NCBI GenBank assembly: GCA_947459425.1
Contig: CANHDJ010000011.1
Location: 11,652-75,651, forward strand
Length of the DNA: 64,000 nt
DNA from: Ignavibacteria bacterium
GTDB lineage: Bacteria > Bacteroidota > Ignavibacteria > Kapaibacteriales > UBA4661
Reading direction: 5' to 3'
Both the position numbers and the translations under genes were made by a program. The notes below the pieces were generated by a model, which saw only the letters and a program-made list of their open reading frames with translations, made no database searches and was not told the DNA's origin. Shown here piece after piece: positions 57,101 through 64,000 of this stretch (positions are counted from its first letter, which is position 1; each line of letters opens with the position of its first letter).

Positions 57101-60100
57101 CCTTAGCGGCGGGCTTAACAACCATCACGGGATTCTTTGGTGTTGCACCTTCGTCGTTCCTCAACACCGGAAGCACAAATATGCTCCGTATTGACCAAGT
57201 AGCAGGTGGTGACGTACTTGGATATCTAGGGATAGTCAATGGTCCCGTGCAGTGGAATTTGCTGGTAGGAACCTCCGCCAATCGTTGGCTGCCCGTAGGC
57301 AAATCTGCTACACCGCTTTGGGTACAGTTCGATTACAATGCCGCTTCGGGCGGGCTGTTGGAATTTGAGGCGTTTAATACAGGCAGTGGCGGTATGGTCG
57401 GCACAGGGATTTCCACCGTGAACGGCAGCGAATACTGGACAGTCAAGCAACTCAGTGGTGGTGCGGTATCAATTCAACCAACCTTGGTTAGTGCGGCAGG
57501 TACCGGATCCGGAAAAGCTATTGCGACATCAACTTTGCAAATGGGAACCTATAACACCGCCAGCCCTACGACATATAATGCTTTCGGTTTCTCCGGTAAT
57601 TCGTATAATCAAGCCAACAATAGTTTTTCTCTCCTAGGTCCAACGACGTATATAGCGATGGGGAATGCTATTCCGACGTATTATTATGAATCCGGCGACC
57701 CCTCTGTGCCGGGAAGCTGGGGAACAACCTCCGGTGCTGGTTTGGGAACACCTGCGACCAGTTTTGCTACACCCGGACAGCTCTTTGTCGTTGAAAATGG
57801 CTATACGACAAGTCCGGTTCCCGCAGCAAATATTTCTCTCGGCAATAGTGTAACGATGCGTGTGCTGGCAGGCGGTACGTTGAACATGGGTACTGTTTCC
57901 CTTGCTGGCACAGGTTCATTTGATTTGCAAGCGGGCGGTACGCTTCAAACCTCCAACCCTCTCGGTATCAACGGTATTGGCGGAGCGATTGATGTTCCTG
58001 CAGCAAATATCACCTACAGCCCAACGGCAAACTATATCTTCGGCGCACTGGCAGCGAGTGGAACGTGTAATCTCGGATCAGTCGGAGGAAAGCCCGCTAT
58101 TACGCAATCTCAAAATGTAACCATCAATCCGGGTGCCACAAGATCATGGTCAATGAATACACCACTGAACGTGGCGGCAACGGGCGCACTGACTATTTCG
58201 TCAGGACAATTCCAGTATTCCGGCGCTACGCTGACACTGAACTCTGCCACCAATACTCTTGCTTCGGGAGCGGAAATACTGATATTGGGTGGCACAACGC
58301 TGAATAATCTTGGCACCTTTACGGTTGATGGCGTGTTTACACCGTTTAGCCAGCCCCTTACGTTCACGGGAAATTCACCCACATTCACTGCCGCAGGCGA
58401 ACTCCGCTACGGCAATGGCTTGGGAACATACAACACCAGCCTTGAGTTTCCCGCTTCCGCGATGCCGGGTAGGGTGTCGCTTTATGGTGGGATTACCGTA
58501 AACTTAACAGCACCGCGCACCATTGGCGCAACAGGAATCTTACAGCTTGGCGGTATCTTGAATACAAGCGGCGGACTTTTGACCATCAATAACCCGCTAA
58601 CAGGCGCTATCACTGGCGGTTCAGCAACGTCGTATATTGACGGACCGCTTGCTCGTGCTTTGCCTGCCGGAGCAGGTGTAGGGCAGTGGCTGTTTCCTGT
58701 TGGTAAAGTCGGAACATATCTGCCCTTCGCTATCAACACTCCAACCTCCGGCGGTGCAGGTTCGACCGTGCAAGTAGAGGCATTTAACAGCGCTCCTGTC
58801 GGTGGCTCTGCCGATGCGACCACCCTTCTCGGACCTCTCGGCAGCGAATATTGGCAAGCACAAGTAACCACAGCACCAGGGTCATTTACGAGTGGTTTCG
58901 TGCAAGCAGCCAGAGCGGGTATAACGGCAACAAACAGTATCGGCGCAAGCACGATTGCGCCTCCGACGGCAACCACGTATTCCTCCAATGGCGGCAACAC
59001 GCTGGGAACACTAAGCGCGATTTCCTCGCTTACCCGCACTGCGACGGATAATCTTGCCGCGCCAACGTATTTTGCGGTGGGAACGGCAATAATTACCTAC
59101 TACTACAACAACGCCAATGTCTTTCCAGGCGGTGCAAATAACCGTTTGAATTGGGATACCAGTCCCGGCGTAACTTACGGCACAGCAGCACCAAACTTCA
59201 CCACCGCAGGAACAGCATTTTCGATTGACGCTGGCTCGACGGCAGTGCTGACGGCAGACCTTCCTTTTGGTGCGGGCGCAAACAACGTAACACTCACCGT
59301 TCCAAGCGGCGCAACGCTGAACACGGGTATATCTGCCGTACAGTTTGGAGGAAATAATAGCCGCTTCAATCTTCAAAACGGCGGAACCCTGCAAACAAGC
59401 CATGCAAGCGGTATCAATGGTACCAGTAATGCTGATGGTGCGGTACAAATCAACCCGCCTCTGACAACAGGCGTAGTCATCAGCTACGGACCTACGGCAA
59501 ATTATGTTTTGGGGGCAGTCGGCGCAACCACGACGGCATATTTTCAGGATATTTCCGGCAACAAACAAGCAATCACCCAAGCCGCAAGCCTTACCGTTAA
59601 TCCGGGTGCCTTACGAACGTGGCTTATCTCCGGCGGACCGCTCACGATTTCTCCGGGAGCATTAACTGTGCAAAGCGGTACGTTGTCTCTGAGTGCAAGC
59701 CTTCTGACGCTTGGCGGTGCGGGCAGCATCGTACAAAATGCAGCAGCGCTCCAACTGAACGGTGGCGCACAGATAGTCAATACGGGCGGTCTAACTATTC
59801 AAAGTGGCGGTAGGTTTGAAGTAGCAGGTGTTACCACGCTTCCGATTGTTGCCACAAACCCGATTAGCTACGCGCTTGGCAGCAATCTGAGTTATTTTTC
59901 GCATCCTGCACTCTCAACAGGGCTGGAATTTCCTTCCCCGATGGATGGCAATGTCTCGGTGCAAAGCGGTGGTCCGCTTATGCTCAATGGCGCAAAATCA
60001 CTCAATGGCATCTTTGGAATATCGGGTGTGCTTATCACCGATAATACAAATATGCTCACGGTTGCCAATACTGCGGCGGCAGCAGTTATCTACGGTGCAG

Positions 60101-63100
60101 GTGGTGAGGTGCGCGGACCCATGCGCCGTGCGTTGCCAAACGCAGGCGGCGCGGGCACATGGCTTTTCCCCGTCGGCAAAGGCGGAACATACTTGCCCTT
60201 TGCCGTGGTGAATCCTGCTGCGGGTAGCGTCGGCGCAGTGGTCGAAGCAGAGGCATACAACAGCACAAGTGGCGGTACGCCCGACGGCACGACGATTCTC
60301 GCGGCTTCACTTTCCGCCACCGAATACTGGCGGGCGCAAGTGGCAAGCGGGACGTTCTCAAACGCTCTCACGCAGGTCGGTAAAGCTGGCTTAACAGCAA
60401 CGAACATCATCGGCTCTTCAACCACTATGCCGTCTGGCGGGACATATGTATCCAACGGTGTAAATACCTTTTCCGCTGGAACACCGCCCACGCTCACCCG
60501 CACGGTGGCGGACAACCTCGCGGCGCAAACGTATTTTGCTGTCGGTACTGTTCCGCCGCCGCCGCCGATGAACGTCCAAAACAACGCCCCGCCTTTCGGC
60601 ATTCCGCCCACCACGCCTGCTTTCAATACCATGAACGCAGCTGTGGGAACAAACATCTCCATTCCTTTCAGTGCAAATCTGAATCCCGGAACGGTGAATA
60701 CACCACAATTCCGTGTGAATGGCACGATGCGCGGCTTGCGGAATGTAACAACTTACGGCGTGTCGGGTTTGAACACCGCGACGCTGACGGGCTTCACTTC
60801 AGGTCTTACTACCGGTTTTGCGCCAAATGAACAAGTATTTGTCAGCGTTACCAATGCCCAAAGCACGGGCGGCGCATTCACGCGCCCCTTTGTGATGGGC
60901 TTCCGCACACGTGCAGGAAGCGGACCGGCCCAATTTCAGCCACAATCAGTTCCCGGTGTAACACAGACATCTGGCGTGTGTGCGGGCGACTTCGACGGGG
61001 ATGGCAATGTGGATGTCGCTTTTGCATCTCAATCCGGGAATCAAGTCGTGATTCTCCGCAACCTCGGCGGAGGTGTCTTTGGTGCTCCGACTACCGTTAG
61101 TGTGGGATCAACTCCTACCGGTATTGCTGCCGGGGATATTGATAACGACGGCGACCTTGATATTGCTGTCACCAATTCGGCAAATACCATTAGCATCATT
61201 CAGAATAACGGTTCGTTCTCGTTTGCAGTTTTGGCTACTCTTTCTACGTCAAATGATCCGCGAGGTTTTGCTTTCGCTGACTTCAATGCTGACGGAATTT
61301 TGGATATTATCACGACCGCTCGGGGATCCGCGAATGTGAACTATTTTCGCGGTTTGGGTGGCGGTTCTTTTGCTGCCGGAACAGTTATACCTATTGGCTC
61401 TAGTGATGCCTACTGTCTTACTGTCGCTGATGTGGATAATGACGGTGATATTGATGCAATTATTTCTATATCCTTCGCTGATACGATACGTTTTCTTTTG
61501 AATGACGGGAACGGTAATTTTTCCCTTGGATCTGGATTAGCGGCTGGTGGTTTCCCGCGTGAGATTGTTGCTGGTGATTGGGATAACGATGGCGATATGG
61601 ATTTAGCCGTCGCAAATAGCGGCGGTCTCTCTGTCTTGACATTCATCAATAATCCAGTCGGAACCTTCACTGCTGGTGCCACTATGCCTATCGGTTTCGG
61701 CACACAACCCATTGGCTTGACATCGGGGGATTTTGACGGGAATGGCTTCCTTGACCTTGCCACAGGAAATTTGGCAAATGCCACATCTACCATTCTGATG
61801 AATACTGCTGGGGTATTTGCAGTCTCTTCTACTGTTTCAACTGGCTGGAATCCCATTAGTAATGCGGCAGCAGATTTCGACGGTGACGGCGATATTGACA
61901 TTATGACGGCAAATAGTGGGGCAGGAGCTAATCCCACACTGCTTATCAATGGTCTGTCAATGACTGTTCAAAACAACGCGCCGCCTTTTGGTATTCCGCC
62001 CGTTACGCCGACCTTTAACACGATGAATGCTGCTCCCGCAACCAATATCAGTATTCCGTTTAATCAAAATCTCAACGCCGGAACGGTAACAGCACCAAAC
62101 TTCCGCGTTCACGGCACGATGCGTGGCTTGCGGACAGCCACCTACGGTGTTGCTCCGGCAAATACTGCCACGCTGACGGGCATCACTCCAAGTTTCCTGC
62201 CGAATGAACAAGTATTTGTCAGCGTTACCAATGCCCAAAGCACGGGCGGCGCGAATACACGCCCCTTTGTGATGGGTTTCCGCACGGCGGCAGGCTTGGG
62301 TCCGGCGACGTTTGTGCAAAATGCATCTTACCCGACGGCGAATTTCGGTTATGCCATGACCACCGCCGACATCAACAACGACAACCGATTGGACATGATT
62401 ACCGCCGACCGTAGTGGTAGCAACATTCGTGTTCGTACGGGCAATGGCGACGGGACGTTTGCAGGAACATTCACCGACTTGCCCGTAAATAGCGATCCGG
62501 GACGTGTTCGTACTGCGGACTTCAATAACGACGGGCTGCCCGACCTTGTTGCTTCTTCCGAAGGTTCAAACAACGTCTCGGTACGCATGAATACAACAGG
62601 CACGCCCGGCACGTTTGGCGCGACAGTGAATTTGAACGCCGGTTCTGTCACGTATTCCGTTACGGTTGGCGATTACAACGGCGACGGCAATATGGACGTT
62701 GCTGCGACCCATCAAAGCGCGATTCGTGTATTCTTGGGGAATGGCGACGGAACATTTCAAGCCGTTGCGTCGTATTCACACGCAGGAGCAGCAGGATTTA
62801 GCAGCATTGCCGAAACAGGCGACTTGGACGGCGACGGCGATATGGATATTGCTGTTTCGCACGAAGGTTCAAACACGATTTATTCCATGCTGAATGATGG
62901 TACGGGGAAATTTGCACAAGAATATGCACAAGCCACAGGCGGCACAAGTTCTCACACGATTGCGCTTGGTGATGTGAACGCGGACGGGCGTTTAGATGCG
63001 GTTGTAACCGCCTACGGCACAAACGATGTCCGCGTATTCATTGGTGCGGGGAACGGCTCCTTTGCCGCGCCTGTTGTGTATTCGACGGGTGTCGGTTCTG

Positions 63101-64000
63101 CACCGCGCACGGTCGTGTTGGCAGATTTTGACGGCGTAAACGGCTTGGATATTGCCACCGCAAATTTAGGAACAAACACCATCGGTATTTTGCTGAACAA
63201 CGGTGGCGGTACATTTGCTGCGGTCAGCTCATACCCAACGTCGGGCATTCAGCCCGCAGGTCTTGCGATGGGGGATTTTGATGGGGATAACGATATAGAC
63301 TTGCTGGTGAATTACAGCGGCTCTGCTCTGGCAACGGTGCATCTGAACGCGCCTATTCCGACTACGTTCTACTACCGTTCCGGCGACGCTGGATTGCCGG
63401 GAAGCTGGTTCAGCACACCGAATCCGACAGGCGGCACTCCGGCAACAGGTTTTACCAGCCCCGCAACGGACTTCTACGTCATGGGCGAAAATCCGATTAC
63501 CCTGCCAACCACTGTCGCAACGGTGAATGCATCGTTTATGATTGGTCCAAACGTCAGCCTCCACGTAACCACGCCATCGGTGCTGGCAGTGGCAAACGGC
63601 GTAACGATAACGAACAACGGCTTTTTGAATGTGTCGGGCAATACCGTCCAATCATCGTCGCTGCGGCTCGTGGGAACAGGCGCGGTCGTGGGTAATACGG
63701 TAAAGTATTGGAGTACAAACGCGACGCTGGAATATCAACCGACTGGTTCGCGTTTAACGACCGATGTAGAGTTTCCACCTGCTATGTACGGCTCGGTACT
63801 TATTAGTGGTTCGCAGGTTATTATGCAGAGTAATAAGACTATCACTGGCACAACGACCATACAGCCTACTGGTGCCTTATCTACCAATGCTGCTTTTGTT
63901 CCGACCTTTGACGGTAGCCTTGTGAATGCAGGCGGCACAATGGATATTGGTCCATCAGCATCGGTGATTTTCAACAGCCGTGTTGTTGGTCCTTGGATTG
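51178..64000 (+). CDS. Giant secreted surface / adhesin-like protein, 3'-partial (more than 4,270 aa in the window). Domains: signal peptide, Gly-rich parallel-beta-helix-like head, 6-7 tandem modules of about 470 aa, and two Ig-like + FG-GAP/VCBS 7-blade cassettes.
   Basis: Frame +1 was checked codon by codon. The last upstream stop is TAG at 51082-51084, and no stop occurs through 64000. ATG candidates are 51166 and 51178 (MNLSRTRFVVVNFLTLLCFFAIAGTNLSLWA). The ORF is not in the supplied track because it has no stop in the window. No other + frame-1 ORF is listed between 51 and 64 kb. Confidence 0.9.
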   Translation, partial: MNLSRTRFVVVNFLTLLCFFAIAGTNLSLWAATFTVTNTNDAGASSLRQAILDANATGGATAVAPHIIDATGVTGTITLASALPALNNHITINGPGAALIVSGNNLFPVFFASQTAPFTIQLNNFTITNGRAQGSNGGTGGVAGGGGGGGGFGGGLFVNQGSITLQNMMFSGNQAIGGNGGAGGGGNAPGGIGGTPSPSVLGTGGTSPSGNPPAAANCGGRNGTFGGGGSGGAIGPAFCNGYGGGGGGFGGGGGGGSFGGGGGLGGGPFGGAGSAGSACSYGGAGGAGGGLGGAVFVASVATFTMTGCTFTSNSATGGTAGNNGGCGGAATNGQGKGGAIFIQAGATATELATTYTGNTAGSAGTAYFNLPQDNPNVWGNLSGTYYYQSGDPSVPGNWNSLLGGGGIPAINFTTGGETFIVPATRTANITVSDITIGLGVTFQVDLGGTLTVGSGRAITNNGAVTVAGLFRQDGGSSFTNAGTFTVNAGGTLRVLDNPTITGTAFVYSAATSLLEYTGTTARITSIEFPAAMSGSVTVDNTAGITMNALKTLSATSVVTLTNGELINTAFASRLVMNNTTAGAFTRTNGVVNGYVERLVPSNGTPYTIPVGVGASYLPLEFTPTAGAGTNIVARAYAGASPGTPGSGMTSLNAFGYWEVLTSAGTRNGTVSLTPSSVLPAGNAVALAATVGGAYNSIGPLNFAGGASITQTLANAYTTTSGFLVTGVVGQYYYNNANVFPGGANNPANWDTTPGAGYGTAAGNFTSLGTSFFVENGATATLTANLTIGTASSGTNFTIQSGGMLNTVGFVLTIGGNNGAFTAQNNSTIRLAHIQGLHGTANNQGAIQVPLAPVGITISYLGNVNFFFDPPAPAGGYSMNIGATTNKPALTVCGNLTMNQTGLNSWMLGSSLTVNGTFTLQTGNFNLTGVGVSTLTLAGTGNVVMSGRVMTIGTNFVLANPNDLTIQNGIGQFIVSSVNQFPFVTGMPITYQPGSRLAYNNLAPALSPGLEWPSTMDGDILTNVASGAITLLAPRTLSGTGTINFANVINTASGLLTVNNTNAGAVSYSSSGRILGPLRRLLPDAGGAGTWQFPMGVGASQLPFAIVNPAVGNSSPLIEVEAFAGPSGSADGTTLTALSGAEYWQARLVSGTFSTGQMQAAKTGIAAPTVVGSSTTLAGTMYASTGPNTYPGGVPPAARRSVAETLTGAFTYFALGTQIIPSIYYYSAGDPSNATNYWSNIGGTGFQGVSFGTSGQTFIIPNTYTTTVPAANIALSAGVTLRVANGGTLNVGANAVTGAGSFDLQAGGTLRTSNTQGVNGPGPGAGFGAIQTTTINYDPQGNYYLDVSSMSNLNFAAVAGKPAITDARTLTIVGNNQGTLRTSLNVSISLTINCSVAGAGLNLIGTTPQTLTLSGTGSQVQAGSLRVGEYFTLVNGTVLTVQNAASLQMVSTISTPPFPAVIGTPVNYASGGILRYNDIITGTMPTGAELPATMLGDVVVNRTGPVSLSAPTTLNGTLTFSSGRIQTTATNLLTIGNPAPTAIIGATATMCVQGPLARAITTAASTYTFPVGGGTAPTYTPVTFAYTSAAPASTVVTVEGFNAATPGTPGGALGSLSSTEYWRVNPNNAVPNVTLTFTRNAAIPAGNTLSNSATAGGTYNPVASNIASPSINNAPALASLAAGDGFYSIAIPAVAYYYESGDPAAPGSWGTTSGAGLGTAATNFTTPGSIFVVENTYTTAAASANISLGASVTMRVLNGGTLNLGIRSLIGTGSFDLQAGGTLRTSRTDGINGISAATGAIQVTGSATYNNAANYWFDSPVAAADLNFAAQGTKAAITQANNITITSPTPGVQWTLGTPLIVDGTLSITQSQLRLIAAASSTLTLNGPTLINTQGEIRVGSNFQVNNLGTMTVGANASFTIAPTTLAPIPFIGNSPIYTNTTSRLFYSNSIGITTGAELPATMPGELAVNGSAPLTLAAGLTTITGFFGVAPSSFLNTGSTNMLRIDQVAGGDVLGYLGIVNGPVQWNLLVGTSANRWLPVGKSATPLWVQFDYNAASGGLLEFEAFNTGSGGMVGTGISTVNGSEYWTVKQLSGGAVSIQPTLVSAAGTGSGKAIATSTLQMGTYNTASPTTYNAFGFSGNSYNQANNSFSLLGPTTYIAMGNAIPTYYYESGDPSVPGSWGTTSGAGLGTPATSFATPGQLFVVENGYTTSPVPAANISLGNSVTMRVLAGGTLNMGTVSLAGTGSFDLQAGGTLQTSNPLGINGIGGAIDVPAANITYSPTANYIFGALAASGTCNLGSVGGKPAITQSQNVTINPGATRSWSMNTPLNVAATGALTISSGQFQYSGATLTLNSATNTLASGAEILILGGTTLNNLGTFTVDGVFTPFSQPLTFTGNSPTFTAAGELRYGNGLGTYNTSLEFPASAMPGRVSLYGGITVNLTAPRTIGATGILQLGGILNTSGGLLTINNPLTGAITGGSATSYIDGPLARALPAGAGVGQWLFPVGKVGTYLPFAINTPTSGGAGSTVQVEAFNSAPVGGSADATTLLGPLGSEYWQAQVTTAPGSFTSGFVQAARAGITATNSIGASTIAPPTATTYSSNGGNTLGTLSAISSLTRTATDNLAAPTYFAVGTAIITYYYNNANVFPGGANNRLNWDTSPGVTYGTAAPNFTTAGTAFSIDAGSTAVLTADLPFGAGANNVTLTVPSGATLNTGISAVQFGGNNSRFNLQNGGTLQTSHASGINGTSNADGAVQINPPLTTGVVISYGPTANYVLGAVGATTTAYFQDISGNKQAITQAASLTVNPGALRTWLISGGPLTISPGALTVQSGTLSLSASLLTLGGAGSIVQNAAALQLNGGAQIVNTGGLTIQSGGRFEVAGVTTLPIVATNPISYALGSNLSYFSHPALSTGLEFPSPMDGNVSVQSGGPLMLNGAKSLNGIFGISGVLITDNTNMLTVANTAAAAVIYGAGGEVRGPMRRALPNAGGAGTWLFPVGKGGTYLPFAVVNPAAGSVGAVVEAEAYNSTSGGTPDGTTILAASLSATEYWRAQVASGTFSNALTQVGKAGLTATNIIGSSTTMPSGGTYVSNGVNTFSAGTPPTLTRTVADNLAAQTYFAVGTVPPPPPMNVQNNAPPFGIPPTTPAFNTMNAAVGTNISIPFSANLNPGTVNTPQFRVNGTMRGLRNVTTYGVSGLNTATLTGFTSGLTTGFAPNEQVFVSVTNAQSTGGAFTRPFVMGFRTRAGSGPAQFQPQSVPGVTQTSGVCAGDFDGDGNVDVAFASQSGNQVVILRNLGGGVFGAPTTVSVGSTPTGIAAGDIDNDGDLDIAVTNSANTISIIQNNGSFSFAVLATLSTSNDPRGFAFADFNADGILDIITTARGSANVNYFRGLGGGSFAAGTVIPIGSSDAYCLTVADVDNDGDIDAIISISFADTIRFLLNDGNGNFSLGSGLAAGGFPREIVAGDWDNDGDMDLAVANSGGLSVLTFINNPVGTFTAGATMPIGFGTQPIGLTSGDFDGNGFLDLATGNLANATSTILMNTAGVFAVSSTVSTGWNPISNAAADFDGDGDIDIMTANSGAGANPTLLINGLSMTVQNNAPPFGIPPVTPTFNTMNAAPATNISIPFNQNLNAGTVTAPNFRVHGTMRGLRTATYGVAPANTATLTGITPSFLPNEQVFVSVTNAQSTGGANTRPFVMGFRTAAGLGPATFVQNASYPTANFGYAMTTADINNDNRLDMITADRSGSNIRVRTGNGDGTFAGTFTDLPVNSDPGRVRTADFNNDGLPDLVASSEGSNNVSVRMNTTGTPGTFGATVNLNAGSVTYSVTVGDYNGDGNMDVAATHQSAIRVFLGNGDGTFQAVASYSHAGAAGFSSIAETGDLDGDGDMDIAVSHEGSNTIYSMLNDGTGKFAQEYAQATGGTSSHTIALGDVNADGRLDAVVTAYGTNDVRVFIGAGNGSFAAPVVYSTGVGSAPRTVVLADFDGVNGLDIATANLGTNTIGILLNNGGGTFAAVSSYPTSGIQPAGLAMGDFDGDNDIDLLVNYSGSALATVHLNAPIPTTFYYRSGDAGLPGSWFSTPNPTGGTPATGFTSPATDFYVMGENPITLPTTVATVNASFMIGPNVSLHVTTPSVLAVANGVTITNNGFLNVSGNTVQSSSLRLVGTGAVVGNTVKYWSTNATLEYQPTGSRLTTDVEFPPAMYGSVLISGSQVIMQSNKTITGTTTIQPTGALSTNAAFVPTFDGSLVNAGGTMDIGPSASVIFNSRVVGPWI
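51577..52190 (+). repeat. Extreme glycine-rich low-complexity coding region, including a (GGT)8 microsatellite at 51607-51630
   Basis: It translates as GSNGGTGGVAGGGGGGGGFGGGLF...GYGGGGGGFGGGGGGGSFGGGGGLGGGPFGGAG...GGAGGAGGGLGG, interspersed with GGAIF/FxxN-like beta-helix motifs and five Cys residues. Confidence 0.8.
52330..60552 (+). repeat. Six tandem coding super-repeats (modules M1-M6: 1038, 1476, 1416, 1419, 1419 and 1455 nt). A seventh begins at 63367.
   Basis: Module starts are marked by YYYxSGDPxxPGxW (52330, 54844, 56260, 57679, 63367) or YYYNNANVFPGGANNxxNWDT (53368, 59098). Recurring internal motifs are GTGSFDLQAGGTL(R/Q)TS, KPAITQ and LEFP...M.G. The terminal subdomain reads W.FPVG...YLPF...EAFN...SEYW. 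Confidence 0.8.
60553..63366 (+). repeat. Two tandem cassettes of about 1.4 kb, each an Ig-like (SbsA/Big_5-like) domain plus a seven-blade FG-GAP/VCBS propeller
   Basis: NVQNNAPPFGIPPTTPAFNTMNAA... aligns with TVQNNAPPFGIPPVTPTFNTMNAA.... Each cassette has seven D-x-D/N-x-D-G-x-x-D blades (for example GDFDGDGNVDVAF, GDIDNDGDLDIAV). A 50-nt perfect DNA identity links 60826-60875 to 62203-62252. Confidence 0.8.

Noticed and set aside
52015-63974. About 55 further track ORFs of 60-211 codons on both strands inside 52-64 kb, for example 58482..59039 (-), 59011..59580 (-), 60090..60725 (-) and 61410..61949 (-).
   Set aside because: All lie within the uninterrupted frame +1 giant ORF, and none is in that frame. 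Their sequences are low-complexity or Arg/Cys-rich, as is typical of shadow ORFs.

Overview
This is a 64-kb window of about 50% GC from a Gram-negative genome. I infer an FCB-group organism (Chlorobiota / Ignavibacteriota / Bacteroidota-like) from a T9SS type-A C-terminal sorting domain, a CarboxypepD_reg-type TonB receptor and crtB. Positions 1-43.7 kb are compact and mostly housekeeping: an OmpA-like protein, SDR, msrA, ptrB, trxB, a PpiD-like chaperone, an LptF/G permease, xth, a 7TMR-DISM histidine kinase, an arsR-arsN2-arsM cluster, a GNAT-DUF3291-aminotransferase operon next to a MocR regulator, ppk2, an MCP, a TonB-dependent receptor, TauE, a decayed IS630 copy, a sugar epimerase, aroC, crtB, an ABC exporter, Uma2, MOSC, DUF2156, DUF2461 and a vWA-like membrane protein. 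After tRNA-Pro(CGG) at 43.7 kb the content looks accessory: a membrane-tethered AraC regulator, an IS256 fragment, a 1018-aa NHL/IPT/T9SS surface protein, a ParE/RelE toxin-antitoxin pair bracketed by about 140-bp MITE/REP-like repeats, and the main finding. That finding is an uninterrupted + strand frame-1 ORF from 51166/51178 to the right window edge (more than 12.8 kb, more than 4,270 codons). It is absent from the supplied ORF track because it has no stop codon inside the window. It encodes a signal peptide, a Gly-rich beta-helix-like head, six to seven tandem modules of about 470 aa that I cannot assign to a known family, and two Ig-like + 7-blade FG-GAP/VCBS cassettes. Every ORF listed in the track between 51.2 and 64 kb is an off-frame or antisense shadow of this gene. 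No rRNA genes or CRISPR arrays were seen.
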